DNA of 64,000 nucleotides, from the NCBI GenBank assembly GCA_963719315.1, contig CAVRBU010000012.1:52314-116313 (forward strand), read 5' to 3'. The stretch comes from an uncultured Planctomycetota bacterium. GTDB lineage: Bacteria; Planctomycetota; Planctomycetia; Pirellulales; Lacipirellulaceae. How positions within the stretch are numbered: the first letter of the stretch is position 1; each line of letters starts with the position of its first letter. Below are positions 44,295-54,516 of this stretch, one piece after another. Under the pieces are notes generated by a model. That model was given only the letters and a program-made list of their open reading frames with translations. It made no database searches and was not told where the DNA came from. The translations under genes were made by a program, and so were the position numbers.

Positions 44295-44753
44295 CTAAGA
44301 TTTGCCCCCAACGACAATAACTTTTGGCGTGACGGCCACGATCCCCGAGTATCGAGCGAAGTCGGCGACATTGAGCGTCACGATGTGTGTGATACCGGCC
44401 AGTTCCATCATGCTGACCAGTCGCGCATCATACACGGCCAAGCCCTGAATCTGGTGTCGAACGAGCAGGTTCCGCTAGCCATCGCAGGCATCCGCTGATT
44501 CAGCCAAAATGGTCCCGAAGCGTTCAATGATTTGCACGCGTCCTTCTGTCGTGGCGACGCTCTTCTCATAACCACCGCGGGCGCTCGCCGGACGCGTCGA
44601 TACATTCCAAAACTCGGCGATGTTCTGTGGACAAGCGACGAGTGAGTGCCCGCCGGAGCGAAGCGACCGCAGTGCCCCGCGAATGACGGCATGCCCGGGA
44701 TCGGTGCGGTCAAACAGTCGAAGCCAGACGCCCGTATCGACCAGGTACTGCAT
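44295..44753 (-). pseudogene. VapC/PIN toxin with internal TAG (44477-44475)
   Basis: MQYLVDTGVWLR...PQNIAEFWNVSTRP...DG*RNLLVRHQIQGLAVYDARLV...TLNVADFARY. Confidence 0.75.
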
Positions 44754-44987
44754 CAGTCGTGATCGGCATAAATGTCTGCGCGAGAAGTCGTCCGACAAAT
44801 TGGGTCCATCAAAAAGCAGTGGCTCTAAAGCCGCATCAAATCCAGCTTCCACACCGGCAGAATCAGCCGACCCGGCCGGCGTCTGTGCCTCGACGGTGAG
44901 CTTAACGCGCGCTTGGTCCGGCAGCGACAAAGGCACCAGGGGCTTAAGAACCCCACCGTCATAGATGGCGTCAATTTGCTGGCTCAT
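44753..44987 (-). CDS. AF2212/DUF104-like antitoxin (apparent 2-nt loss near 44780 fuses it to the toxin)
   Basis: MSQQIDAIYDGGVLKPL; restoring GC gives DFSRADIYADHD* with a TGATG overlap into the toxin. Confidence 0.7.
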
Positions 44988-45126
44988 GCTTTAAGACTAC
45001 TATGAACTGCGGCAAAAAGCCATACGCACTGGTCTGCCAAGGCAAGCCCCGCAAAAAGCGCGCGAATCCAAAATCTCAAGAACTGCGTGAGAACAAGACA
45101 GATTCAACGTAATTCAATTGCTCGCC

Positions 45127-45954
45127 CTATTGCAGCGGAGACTCAGGTCCAGTGGCCGCTGCCGGCTTTTCCTTTACTGCGAATCTTCCCAACAGCATCT
45201 CAGGCGTCAGTTGCAGCCGGTCGCGGTGCTTGTCGATCGACTTGTTGATCTTGTTCGCCAGTTTCTGGCCCTTGAGCTCATCCTCCACCGCTTCCCGCAG
45301 CACAATGCCCAACTCGTGCGCGAGCGTGCCGCGCACGTCGCTGATTCGCGTCAGCCGAAAGTCGTCGAACTTGATCCGCGCGTCGGTGACGACGGGGTCG
45401 ATTGCGCAACCGGGGAGGAACGAACCGGTTTTCACCGACGCGACGCCAATCTCCGCATCAAGCGACAGTCGAATTCCGGTGTCTCCTTCAGCCTCCAGCG
45501 CGATGATGTGAATGCCGCGGTCATACACCTTGGCTCGCGCCCAACCATGCACCTTCGCCGCGACATTGAGCGTCAGCCCGACGCGGCCCGATGGCAGCGT
45601 TCGCAGGTTCTCGATCTTCACGTCGAGATTCTTATCCGGATCGACCAGCGTCAACCGATACTGCTTCCAAATCCCGTGGTTCACTTCGCTCTTTTGGCGA
45701 TGAATATCGAACTTGAAGAAGTTGCCCGAGCTGCGGAGGCCGATGGTGACTTGCTTCGTGCGGCCCCAGTCCTTGCTCCGCTCGTACTCGCGCGGAATCT
45801 CAGCTGCGATAATCTTGGCCGCGGCCTGCGACAGCAGTTCAGGCCCCACGCCCGCGACCTCGTTCGCCGCGGGAAGCACCGCCGCATTCAAAATGGCGCC
45901 GACCCCCGCCAACGAAAGTACACTCTTGATTGCCAACCGGCGGGCTCGATCCAT
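45127..45954 (-). CDS. Exported hypothetical protein
   Basis: Arg-rich signal peptide, 275-aa open frame with host-like codons. Confidence 0.65.
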   Translation of the reverse strand: MDRARRLAIKSVLSLAGVGAILNAAVLPAANEVAGVGPELLSQAAAKIIAAEIPREYERSKDWGRTKQVTIGLRSSGNFFKFDIHRQKSEVNHGIWKQYRLTLVDPDKNLDVKIENLRTLPSGRVGLTLNVAAKVHGWARAKVYDRGIHIIALEAEGDTGIRLSLDAEIGVASVKTGSFLPGCAIDPVVTDARIKFDDFRLTRISDVRGTLAHELGIVLREAVEDELKGQKLANKINKSIDKHRDRLQLTPEMLLGRFAVKEKPAAATGPESPLQ

Positions 45955-46093
45955 CGCTTTGCCCCGTGTTTTGAAAAACTACAGACTTCAGAAGTCCAAT
46001 TCGCACTTAAATGTTGAAATCGTGCGGCACACGATTACTACGCGGAAAACTCGAGGCGTGTTTGCCCGCCCCCTTAACTATCGATCGGTCATC

Positions 46094-46157
46094 GAACAGA
46101 TGGAAACAGAGGCACGGAGTATTCTCGTGTCTCAGTTTCCTCGGTTTCCTCCTGTTC
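46094..46157. repeat. Imperfect inverted repeat (GAACAG..GGAAACAGAG type)
   Basis: GAACAGATGGAAACAGAGGCACGGAG versus reverse complement GAACAGGAGGAAACCGAGGAAACTGAG. Confidence 0.55.
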
Positions 46158-46253
46158 AGAAACTCGTTTACTGCCTGCGCCGCTGGCAGCGGCCTACTCT
46201 AGCGGCTGGCGCAGATTTGACCCCATGCCATTTCGCTTCTACGATTCGTTGCC

Positions 46254-46745
46254 ATGGTTTTCTATCTTTTCTTGCTGTTTACGCTGCTGCCGATCGTCGA
46301 GCTGACGATCCTGATCCGCATTGGCCAAGCGACTGTCTGGTGGGCGCCGATCGCGCTGGTGATCTTCACTGGCATTGCTGGCACTGCCCTCGCCCGCTGG
46401 CAGGGCTTGCGAGTGTATCAGCGGATTCAAGAAGACGCCCGGGCTGGCCGCATGCCGGCCGACGCGCTGGTGGACGGCTTCCTCATCCTGCTGGCCGGCA
46501 TCCTCCTGATTACGCCAGGAGTCCTGACCGACCTGGTAGGCATCGCGTTTTTGATTCCACCAATTCGCGCGTTGCTGAAGCGCGGCGTGAAGGCGTGGAT
46601 CAGAAAAAACGTCGATATCCGCGTCGCCGGCACGAACGCGGACTTCTGGCCCTCTGGAGACGGCCCCCAGCATACGGGCCACGACGAAATCATCGACGCC
46701 CGGGTGCTCGGCACGCGGGTCGAAGATGTGAACCCCGCACCGTAG
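46254..46745 (+). CDS. fxsA: FxsA family membrane protein
   Basis: LPIVELTILI, GILLITPGVLTDLVG. Confidence 0.9.
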   Translation: MVFYLFLLFTLLPIVELTILIRIGQATVWWAPIALVIFTGIAGTALARWQGLRVYQRIQEDARAGRMPADALVDGFLILLAGILLITPGVLTDLVGIAFLIPPIRALLKRGVKAWIRKNVDIRVAGTNADFWPSGDGPQHTGHDEIIDARVLGTRVEDVNPAP

Positions 46746-46827
46746 CTGAATCTCGCAAGAATCGTAGCTGAATCTCGCAAGTATTCAAAGGTCGCTGAGA
46801 ACATGGCTGAACTCTTTCGAGTTCAGC
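46741..46827. repeat. GTAG-REP cluster
   Basis: CGTAGCTGAATCTCGCAAG twice (period 22) plus palindrome GCTGAACTC-TTTC-GAGTTCAGC; related to 26287 and 56630. Confidence 0.7.
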
Positions 46828-46898
46828 TCTCTCTGCTGCGCCCTTCTTCGGCCCCAGCAGCACGTACTGATGAAGCAGCCGCATTCCGCTCCCTGCTT

Positions 46899-47416
46899 CT
46901 ACAACTTCGACCGCAGGGCCTCCATGGCGGCATCGTAATCTGGTTCGCTGGTGACTTCGCCGACGTACTCGGCGTGCAGCACTTTGCCGTTCGCATCGAG
47001 CACGAACACGGCCCGGCATTCGATCTTCAGTTCCTCGATGAGCGTGCCCCAGTTCTCCCCGAAGTTGCGGTCCTGATAGTCGCTGCCGACCCGCATGTTC
47101 TTGATGCTTTCGGCGCCACAGAACCGATTCATCGCAAACGGCAAATCGAGGCTGATCGTCAGGGCGTTGATCTTATCGCCCAGCGCACGAGTTGGTCGTT
47201 GAACTTCTTGGTCTGCATCGCACACACGGCCGTATCGAGCGACGGCACAACACTGATCAGCGTCGGTTTGCCTTTTAGATCGGCCAGCGTGATCGGCTTG
47301 AGACCGCCTTCGAAGTAAAAGACTTTGAAATCCGGTGCCGCCTGCCCCGCCTTCACGGCCTCACCGGCAAGCGTCAACGGCGTGCCCTTAAACGTAATGG
47401 CTCCTGAGCGAGACAT
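46899..47416 (-). CDS. tpx: Thiol peroxidase (apparent 1-nt loss near 47189)
   Basis: ITFKGTPLTL, SVVPSLDTAVC, SLDLPFAMNRFC, EVTSEPDY. Confidence 0.9.
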
Positions 47417-48402
47417 GGCAAAACCCTTTCCAAAACTGACATCGTCGTATGCGTAAAGCGGGCCGAAATAGCAGCCCACGGGTACTGTACAATTACCGCT
47501 AAGTATCCCGTTTTGAGGGACGCTTGCAAGGGGCTGAAGACGCTTCGGCGTTTGCGCATTATCAAAAATGGCCCGCAAACCGAGAGGGGTAGAGTTGAAA
47601 GAAATTCGTCTAATTTTTGAATGTAGTATTCCGGGGCTTCCCAATTATGATCCGCACCTTTAATGCGCACAAATTGCTTTGGCTCATTGGCCGCGGCGAA
47701 CAAGCGTTCACCTTGCGCGAAAGGAACGATCTTGTCGGCGTCGCCATGCGAGCACAGCAGCGGACCGTTGTAGTCGCCAGTTTTCTTGAGCGAATTGTAG
47801 CGACTGTACATCAGCAGGCCGGGCCACAACGGAAGGTCGTCGTTGGCGACAGCCGGAAGAGATGTAAAGGTGCTCTCGAGAATGAGCGCGCGGGTGCCAT
47901 CTTTAGATGCCAAGTCGACAGCAACCGCGCCACCGAGCGATCGACCATACAATACGATTTCCGGCTCCGTAATTTTTGCACGTTCTGCCAACCAGTGGCG
48001 GGCGGCTCGCGCATCGGCAAGCAGGCCTGCTTCACTCGGCGTGCCAGAGCTTCGGCCGTAACCACGGTAGTCGAACGCCATCACACTCACGTTCAGCCGC
48101 TCGGTCATCATTCGCAATTCGGGCCACAAGTAAGTGATGTTGCCGCCATTGCCGTGACAGTACAAAACGTGCGATCGCGGCTTCTCAACAGGGCAGTACC
48201 AGCCGTACAAATGTGTGCCGTTCGCCGATTCAAAGTTTACTTCTTCGTAATGAAGCTCCGGTGGTTGCCACGAGTCAGGATGGGGCCCGGCAGGCTGATA
48301 GACCATCAAGCGCTCCAACGAAACGACATGGCCGACGCGGGACAGCAAACAGCCGGCGAGCGAGATTATCGCAGCAAACAGAAGTGGGATGCAGGTTCGC
48401 AT
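47374..48402 (-). CDS. Alpha/beta hydrolase (ABHD13/17-like); true 3' end uncertain
   Basis: HGNGGN, DYRGYG.S.G.PSE.GL, GRSLGG, HGDAD, HN; ORF tail overlaps the tpx start. Confidence 0.85.
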   Translation of the reverse strand: MRTCIPLLFAAIISLAGCLLSRVGHVVSLERLMVYQPAGPHPDSWQPPELHYEEVNFESANGTHLYGWYCPVEKPRSHVLYCHGNGGNITYLWPELRMMTERLNVSVMAFDYRGYGRSSGTPSEAGLLADARAARHWLAERAKITEPEIVLYGRSLGGAVAVDLASKDGTRALILESTFTSLPAVANDDLPLWPGLLMYSRYNSLKKTGDYNGPLLCSHGDADKIVPFAQGERLFAAANEPKQFVRIKGADHNWEAPEYYIQKLDEFLSTLPLSVCGPFLIMRKRRSVFSPLQASLKTGYLAVIVQYPWAAISARFTHTTMSVLERVLPCLAQEPLRLRARR

Positions 48403-48453
48403 GAACCCTGGTCGTTTGGAGTGAGGAGGACTTCGCGCCAGTCGATAGCTTAA

Positions 48454-49032
48454 TTAGCGCGGCTCGTCAATTCCGATGGCTGCTTGATAGCAGTAATCGA
48501 ACAGCAATTCCCACTCGACCTGCTGGATATCGACGCACAGTTCACGAGCGTCGGATTTGCCGCGGGCAACGGCTTGGCAGAGGTCGACGAACGCGAAGGG
48601 GGCCCACTCACGTGGTTGTGTCTCGGAGAGACGCGGATGCGAGCTTCGGAGAATCTCGCCTACGTGGGGGTGCGCGGCGATTGCGTCGACGACCGGATGA
48701 TTGCCGGCGTGGCGGAACCAGTATTTGGCGTTTGAGAAGTCGCCTTCGCGGCGGTGCATGATACCGTGCCAGAAGCTGCCGGTGGGCGTGTCGATCGATT
48801 GGCTGATCGTGTGCGACTCGTCCAGAAAGTCGTGCAGCAGCCAGACGCCGGCGATGCAGCAGGCGGCCATGTCGGTGTCGGCTACGTGGTTGAACGCCCG
48901 TTCGACGGAAAGCTGTTTGAGCGCAGCCCGGGCTGCACTATCGGGCCGGCCAGCATCCAGGGGCCGTCGCCGATCGATCGCCAGCAGCGGCGCGAAAATG
49001 GGGCCGTAAGTTTCGGGATCGAATTCAGCCAT
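48454..49032 (-). CDS. Conserved hypothetical protein
   Basis: 'LDESHTISQSI...FWHGIMHRREGDFSNAKYWF', 'EWELLFDYC'. Confidence 0.75.
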   Translation of the reverse strand: MAEFDPETYGPIFAPLLAIDRRRPLDAGRPDSAARAALKQLSVERAFNHVADTDMAACCIAGVWLLHDFLDESHTISQSIDTPTGSFWHGIMHRREGDFSNAKYWFRHAGNHPVVDAIAAHPHVGEILRSSHPRLSETQPREWAPFAFVDLCQAVARGKSDARELCVDIQQVEWELLFDYCYQAAIGIDEPR

Positions 49033-49262
49033 CGCATCGAGTGTGCGTTCGAGAAAGTGAACGGCGACGCAATGCAGAATGTAACGCGCTTTGGGTCGCA
49101 CGTCACGGCGGCGGGCACCAATGGCTTTGCCAGTGCTCTTCTTTGTCGCACCCTTGCGGCCTGGTGCAAGCTGGCTTTTTCGAACCCAGTACGGTCGGCA
49201 GTCTCATCCTCCACAGGCATGCACTGGCGTAGCCAGTGACACCCGAAGGCGAGCAGACTACC

Positions 49263-51560
49263 TTACCGCGCGTGCGACGCCCGAGTTTGGTGCATCTGGC
49301 TGCGGCCGACGCGGGGCTGTTGCGGTTGCTGTTTCGGTTCGGTAGAGGCGACCGACTTGGCCAGGTCGGCGTACTTCGCGGCGTTCTTGTTCTCGCCCAT
49401 TTGTTGGTACATCGTCGCGAGGTTGCCGTAGGGCACGGCCAGCGTGCTCTTGGCGAGTACGCCGCCCTGCACCGCGGTTTCCACGATGCCGACGCCGGCC
49501 TGCGTCAGGTCGAGCGCCCGCGTCTGGTTGCCGATTTGCCAGTAGCTGACGCCCATGCTTACAAGCATTTCGCCTTCGCGGCGCGGAGCGTAAAGCTCCG
49601 AGGCGGGCCGTTTGCCGGTCAGCAGCGGCGCGGCTTTGTCGTACCATTGTACGGCCTGCGTGTGGTCCAGCTTATGCACAGCGTAGATCGCGCCCATTTG
49701 GAAATAGAGCTGGCCGACCAGTTGTTCCGACGAATGTACGGCCTGCCGCGACGAAGCGCCGATCGCCAAGTTGTCGATCGCGAGTTGGCCGTATTTCAGG
49801 GCCGGTTCCGTTTGGCGGCGAGTGTGTTCCACGCGGAGGGCGTGCATGTACGCGATACCCAGTTCCCATTTGATGCGCTGCTGCCACATCTCATCATCGG
49901 ACTGGGCCAGCAGTGTTTTGGCGGCTTCTTCGGCTTCGGCAACCCACGGCGCGGGGTCGAGCGTCGGTTTGAATCCAGCCAACGCGCTCAACGCACGCTG
50001 TGCGACGAACAGTCGCAATTCGATGCTGCCCTTGTCCTTCGAAATGTAATCTTCCGCCAGTCCCGACGCCCGGCCAAGCCATTGCGAAAGCGTTTCCACT
50101 TTTTCGTTGAACGGTTGGCGGGCGATTTCTTCCGCGATCGCCACGTGCGCTTCGACCAGGAGTTGCTTCGCGGCACGGCGCTCGCGAGCGTCTTTGCTGG
50201 TGGCCAGCTTGTCGGCGATTTCAATCGCCTTTGTTTCGAAGGGAATCGTTTTCGAGGCGATTTCGCGGTCGCCCAACGAAGCCAGCCGGGCCATTTGGTG
50301 GAACGCTTGGGCGCGGTCGATGGGGGCGAGGTCATCCCGATCCAACACCGCGCGAACGATCAGCACGGAGTCGTCGTATTCGCCCAACAGCTCGCGGGCC
50401 TGGGCGTGGCACAATTGGAACGACGCGTTTTTCGGCCCGATGTCGCAGGCCTCGGCCGATGTCGTATCCGCCAGATCGGCCTGACCCGTGGCCAGATAAA
50501 TCCGGGCCAGCAACCAATAGGCGCGGCCCAACTCGGGATCGATCGCGATCGCCGTCTTCAAGTCGTTGATGTTTTGCGTATAGGGGCCGTGCAAGCGGTT
50601 CTCGGCGCGAAAGGCGAACGCACAGGCGTCGATCGGCTGCAATACGACGTGCAACACGTGTGTCGCGTCACTGGCGGCCGGGGCGCCTTCATCGACCGGA
50701 ATCAGGTTCTCGGGCTGGTCGAACATAAACAGCACGCCGCGCTCGGGGTACGCCTGGCAAACCGGCGCGTCCGTGTCGTCGGTCACGATGACCGGATTGA
50801 TCCGATCCAGACCAAGTTGCCCGGCCAACGATTCGGCTTCGAGCGGCGTTGCCAGCGTGATCTTGATCGATGCCACGACACTGTTCGCACCGATGAGCGC
50901 TTCGACCGACTTGAATGGCGCCTTGTGGTAAGACAGCACATCCCCTTCATCGCTCTTGCTCGATTCAGAGGGTTGGCCCCAGGCGGTGATCAATTCGTGC
51001 TTGGTCGTTTTGCCGACGGCGACGCCTTGAAATTTGACCGGCTCGAAGTGTACGCTCTGGGCCCGGGCTGCTGCGGCGCAACGCGCGCTAGCCGTCGCAG
51101 GCGCCGTGATTTCTTTGGGCGGGCATTGCGGCTCGTCGGGGCCCAACGCCGCGGGCGGCGCTGTGGGTTCCAAATTGGTTGCTTGCGCCGCGGATTGCTT
51201 CGGCCCGGCGACTTTAATCAGGGCGTCGCCAAAATTCGCCGTCGATTCGGCGCGGTCGCTGATCGTGGCTAGCTCCGGCCTGTAATCGGACGATTGCGAG
51301 ATGGGTTCCAGCGTTTCACCCGTGGAATTGCTCCCCGCGGTTTCATGAATCGCCGCACTTGAGGGCGACGCTTCGCGTGTAGCCACCAGCACCGACTCTT
51401 CCTGCGCTGCGGGCGGCGCCGGGTTGTGCTGGTTCCATGCCGAATGCTGTTGCGACAGGACGGGCGACGCCATGCTCAAGCAGAGTGCGGCAATTGCGAA
51501 CGGCCGGCCGATGCTCGCCCCGCCGGTCTCGGAAAAGTACGAAGAAATCCGCGTGTTCAT
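49263..51560 (-). CDS. Exported TPR-repeat protein
   Basis: Signal peptide, low-complexity linker, TPR-like helices (AIAIDPELGRAYWLLARIY; PYGNLATMYQQMG). Confidence 0.75.
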   Translation of the reverse strand: MNTRISSYFSETGGASIGRPFAIAALCLSMASPVLSQQHSAWNQHNPAPPAAQEESVLVATREASPSSAAIHETAGSNSTGETLEPISQSSDYRPELATISDRAESTANFGDALIKVAGPKQSAAQATNLEPTAPPAALGPDEPQCPPKEITAPATASARCAAAARAQSVHFEPVKFQGVAVGKTTKHELITAWGQPSESSKSDEGDVLSYHKAPFKSVEALIGANSVVASIKITLATPLEAESLAGQLGLDRINPVIVTDDTDAPVCQAYPERGVLFMFDQPENLIPVDEGAPAASDATHVLHVVLQPIDACAFAFRAENRLHGPYTQNINDLKTAIAIDPELGRAYWLLARIYLATGQADLADTTSAEACDIGPKNASFQLCHAQARELLGEYDDSVLIVRAVLDRDDLAPIDRAQAFHQMARLASLGDREIASKTIPFETKAIEIADKLATSKDARERRAAKQLLVEAHVAIAEEIARQPFNEKVETLSQWLGRASGLAEDYISKDKGSIELRLFVAQRALSALAGFKPTLDPAPWVAEAEEAAKTLLAQSDDEMWQQRIKWELGIAYMHALRVEHTRRQTEPALKYGQLAIDNLAIGASSRQAVHSSEQLVGQLYFQMGAIYAVHKLDHTQAVQWYDKAAPLLTGKRPASELYAPRREGEMLVSMGVSYWQIGNQTRALDLTQAGVGIVETAVQGGVLAKSTLAVPYGNLATMYQQMGENKNAAKYADLAKSVASTEPKQQPQQPRVGRSQMHQTRASHAR

Positions 51561-51770
51561 GGCGTGTCCCCCTAAGAATCTCTCAGCATGCCTCGGATTT
51601 GCACGACCACTGGCCGCCACGGCAACGTGGCGGATTCGTAACAGTCGAGTCGGTCAGTACGATCCGATCATGTGGATTCATAGTTCTCATCGGCACAACC
51701 GGTACAAATTCACAACGCTTTATGGGAAAGAATTCCCCTCCCATCGACTGATAGCAGCGGCGGAATCGAT

Positions 51771-51875
51771 GAAGGTCGAGAGTCAAAGGTCGAGTGTTGA
51801 GGATTGAGAGAACGAAACAGTAATTTGCTCGTTGCGATTTTCTATCCTCAACGGCTCAACCCTCAAGCCTCAACG
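51771..51875. repeat. Inverted heptamer (GTTGAGR/CTCAACC) arrays
   Basis: GTCGAGA GTCAAAG GTCGAGT GTTGAGG ATTGAGA ... CTCAACG GCTCAAC CCTCAAG CCTCAAC. Confidence 0.55.
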
Positions 51876-53094
51876 CCGCCGCCAGCAGCGATTGCAACGC
51901 CTCGGTCGCTGCGACTGCGTGCTGTCGCTTAATCGCGCTGCGGGCAACCGCGAGCGCTTCGACCTGTTGTGCCGTAAATGGAACGGCGTCTCCGAGTGCG
52001 GGCGGATTCGGCACGAGCGATTCTCCGATAGTGGCCGCTAGTTCGGCGATTCCTTCGCCCGTCAGCGCGCTGGTGTTGACAAGGAACCCGTGGGTCCGGT
52101 CGTCCGCGACCCCGGCTGCGGCGCTTGCATTCAGCACAAGGTCAATCTTATTTCGCACGCGAATGACGCGCGAAGGCAAGCGAGGTAACTCGCGATCTTC
52201 GTCTCTCCGGAGATCGGTCGCATCTTCAACGATGACGGCCAGATCAGCACCCGCCAGCGCCCCTTCCGCCAACTGCACGCCGGCTGCTTCGAGTTCGTCG
52301 CACGTCGTCCGCAGGCCGGCCGTATCTGCCAGTTCCACTGGCCAGCCGTCAATGGCCGTTGTCAGAGTCACAACGTCGCGCGTTGTGCCCGGCGTGGGCG
52401 CGACGATCGCTCGTTCGTATCCGGCGAGTGCGTTGATGAGACTGCTTTTACCGACGTTCGGCGCCCCGGCGAAAACCACGCGCCAGGGCGATGTGAGGTG
52501 TAGCCCAACCTCACGGCGTTGCAGTAGCTCATCGATCAACTTGGCGGCATGCTGCCAGTCAACCGCGGCGATTGATTCGAGCGCGGCGTGGATCGACATG
52601 GAGAGCGCACCATTTAATTGGTCGAGCAAGATGGCTGCTGTGCGGGCGGTTGTCGCGCTAGCCAGTGCGATGTGAGCGGCCCACGTCGTCGCGTCCGCCG
52701 CGGCGGACGCGGATTCGAGTTTCGGACAAACTCGACTACGTGGGCGCTGCAACCAATCCTGCCAGGTGAGCATCTGACATCCGTGCGCGACGAGAGCTTC
52801 GATAACGGCGCGCACGGCCGCGATGCCACCGTGGCAGTGGATTTCGATTTCTTCTTCGCTATGTCGGCAAACGACCAACTCTTCGCCGGTCGGCCCACCC
52901 CAGCGGCCGACGACGATGCGGCCAAACGGCACTTCGACAATCGACCGACCGCTATGCGCCTTGAAGTAGTGGTTTACGGCGCGAATTGCATTGGGTCCGG
53001 CAACTAGCACCACGGCAACGGCCGCGCGGCCGGGCGGCGTCAGTTCAACGACGTAGGTGGGCGGCGACGCGGTGGGCGGTGGCGGTGTCAACAT
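51856..53094 (-). CDS. MnmE/TrmE-like GTPase (short form)
   Basis: TPPGRAAVAV, EIHCHGG, GAPNVGKSSL, PGTTRD, DTAG, NKID, SALTGEG. Confidence 0.85.
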   Translation of the reverse strand: MLTPPPPTASPPTYVVELTPPGRAAVAVVLVAGPNAIRAVNHYFKAHSGRSIVEVPFGRIVVGRWGGPTGEELVVCRHSEEEIEIHCHGGIAAVRAVIEALVAHGCQMLTWQDWLQRPRSRVCPKLESASAAADATTWAAHIALASATTARTAAILLDQLNGALSMSIHAALESIAAVDWQHAAKLIDELLQRREVGLHLTSPWRVVFAGAPNVGKSSLINALAGYERAIVAPTPGTTRDVVTLTTAIDGWPVELADTAGLRTTCDELEAAGVQLAEGALAGADLAVIVEDATDLRRDEDRELPRLPSRVIRVRNKIDLVLNASAAAGVADDRTHGFLVNTSALTGEGIAELAATIGESLVPNPPALGDAVPFTAQQVEALAVARSAIKRQHAVAATEALQSLLAAALRLEG

Positions 53095-53096
53095 AG

Positions 53097-54014
53097 TCAA
53101 CTCGCCGACCCGCGACTGCTACCAGGCCCCTGCTCATCGATCAGTGCGATGCCCGATAGCACGAGATGCGGCACGAAACGAGCGCCCATGCTTTCGTCCA
53201 ATGAATTTGCAACAGTTCGCGCCGCGCCGCCGGTGATGAAGAGGTCCGGTTGCATGGGTAAGGTTTTCGTCAGTCGCGCGACAATCTCACCGACGGCGCC
53301 AATGGCTCCCCAATAGAGGCCGGCTTCGATGGCGCCTATGGTCGTTTTACCGAGTGGCGAAGGCGGCGTTTCCGTATGTTCGAGCACTACGTGCGGCAGC
53401 GCATCGGTTTGATCGGCCAGCGCCCGGCCCGCCATCCCGATCCCGGGCAGAATGGCGCCGCCCGCGAAGGCGCCGTCGGCTTCGATGAGATCGACCGTGA
53501 TCGCGGTGCCCAAATCGACGACGATCGCCGCCCGGTCAGGCGCTCGCAGCCGGTTGGCGCCGACAGCGGCAAGCAGCCGGTCGATGCCGACACGTTCCGG
53601 TTCGTCGACGCGAATCGCGAATGGAAAGTCTTTGTACGTTAAACTTCGAATCGTCCAATCGGAGTCGTGCTCGTTGGTCCAATCGGAGATCGTCGTTCGC
53701 AGCAGATCGCTGGCGCCTCGATGCACGCTGCCAATCAGCCAGTGCGCGACCGGGGACAGGTGCGATTCGCACCACGAGGTAAGCGAATTGACTTCGAAGT
53801 GGCCGCTCTCGTTCGCTATCGGCAATTCCAGCGTTGCAATCGGCTCCGGCAACTCATCATCCATCGCCACTGTGGCCTTGGCTTGAGTGCCGCGTATGAA
53901 CTGTCCGAGCTTGATTTGACTGTTGCCAACATCGACAGCCACTAAATTCGCAGCCTCCTCCTGGCTGGCGGGTGCTTTCACCTTTCGAGCACGATCTGTG
54001 AACTTCTCATACAT
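53097..54014 (-). CDS. coaX: Type III pantothenate kinase
   Basis: DVGNS, RVGIDRLL, VDLGTAITVD, GGAILPG, ITGG. Confidence 0.92.
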   Translation of the reverse strand: MYEKFTDRARKVKAPASQEEAANLVAVDVGNSQIKLGQFIRGTQAKATVAMDDELPEPIATLELPIANESGHFEVNSLTSWCESHLSPVAHWLIGSVHRGASDLLRTTISDWTNEHDSDWTIRSLTYKDFPFAIRVDEPERVGIDRLLAAVGANRLRAPDRAAIVVDLGTAITVDLIEADGAFAGGAILPGIGMAGRALADQTDALPHVVLEHTETPPSPLGKTTIGAIEAGLYWGAIGAVGEIVARLTKTLPMQPDLFITGGAARTVANSLDESMGARFVPHLVLSGIALIDEQGPGSSRGSAS

Positions 54015-54192
54015 ACTGACTATTTTAGACCACGTTGGCACCCGGCAGATAGCGAGACGGCCGTATTGGGTAGTGTCCTAAATTGACCGCGGCTAATTGT
54101 TGCAGGCACGCTCTGCGTGCCGTAACCGGAGCGGTGATGGTGGATTTATTTGGCAGCGGCTATTGGTGATTCAGCCACGGCACAACAAGCTT

Positions 54193-54240
54193 GTAGCACG
54201 GACTTCAGTCCGTGATTCTCGTACGGACTGAAGTCCGTGC
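54193..54240. repeat. Inverted GTAG-REP pair (REPIN-like)
   Basis: GTAGCACGGACTTCAGTCCGTG ... ACGGACTGAAGTCCGTGC. Confidence 0.7.
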
Positions 54241-54335
54241 CTCAAAATACCGGCCTGAACGGTGCCAAATTAGGACAGCACCACAAAACACCCATCCTTG
54301 AACGCACGCCATGGGGCGGGTAAACTCGGTGATTC

Positions 54336-54419
54336 GGGCTCGTGGCGAAATTGGCAGACGCGCAAGGTTGAGGGCCTTGTGCCCGCAAGGGCGTGCTGGT
54401 TCAACTCCAGTCGGGCCCA
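54336..54419 (+). tRNA. tRNA-Leu (anticodon GAG), CCA not encoded
   Basis: Acceptor GGGCTCG/CGGGCCC; anticodon stem CAAGG/CCTTG with loop TTGAGGG; long variable arm GCCC-GCAA-GGGC; T arm CTGGTTCAACTCCAG. Confidence 0.93.
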
Positions 54420-54448
54420 CTTATCGCACATAAGTGGAGGCATGAAAG

Positions 54449-54466
54449 GGGGCGCAGTTGCGCCCC
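54449..54466 (+). terminator. GC-rich hairpin after the tRNA
   Basis: GGGGCGC-AGTT-GCGCCCC; only a weak U-tract. Confidence 0.3.
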
Positions 54467-54516
54467 TTCGAATGCATTGTACGCTTAACCCTCAACTCTC
54501 AACCCTCCACCATTCG

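Noticed and set aside
44475..44987. Apparent antitoxin-PIN toxin fusion protein
   Set aside because: Restoring 2 nt in a GCGC run gives a normal antitoxin end and TGATG coupling; likely a sequence error
46741..46827. Possible mini-CRISPR
   Set aside because: Only two adjacent 19-bp copies with a 3-nt gap, no spacers and no cas genes; REP-like
49236..51272. 678-aa + strand ORF
   Set aside because: Antisense to the TPR gene; no recognisable motifs
54336..54419. tRNA-Leu as an integration site
   Set aside because: No integrase, and no duplicated tRNA 3' end noticed in the window
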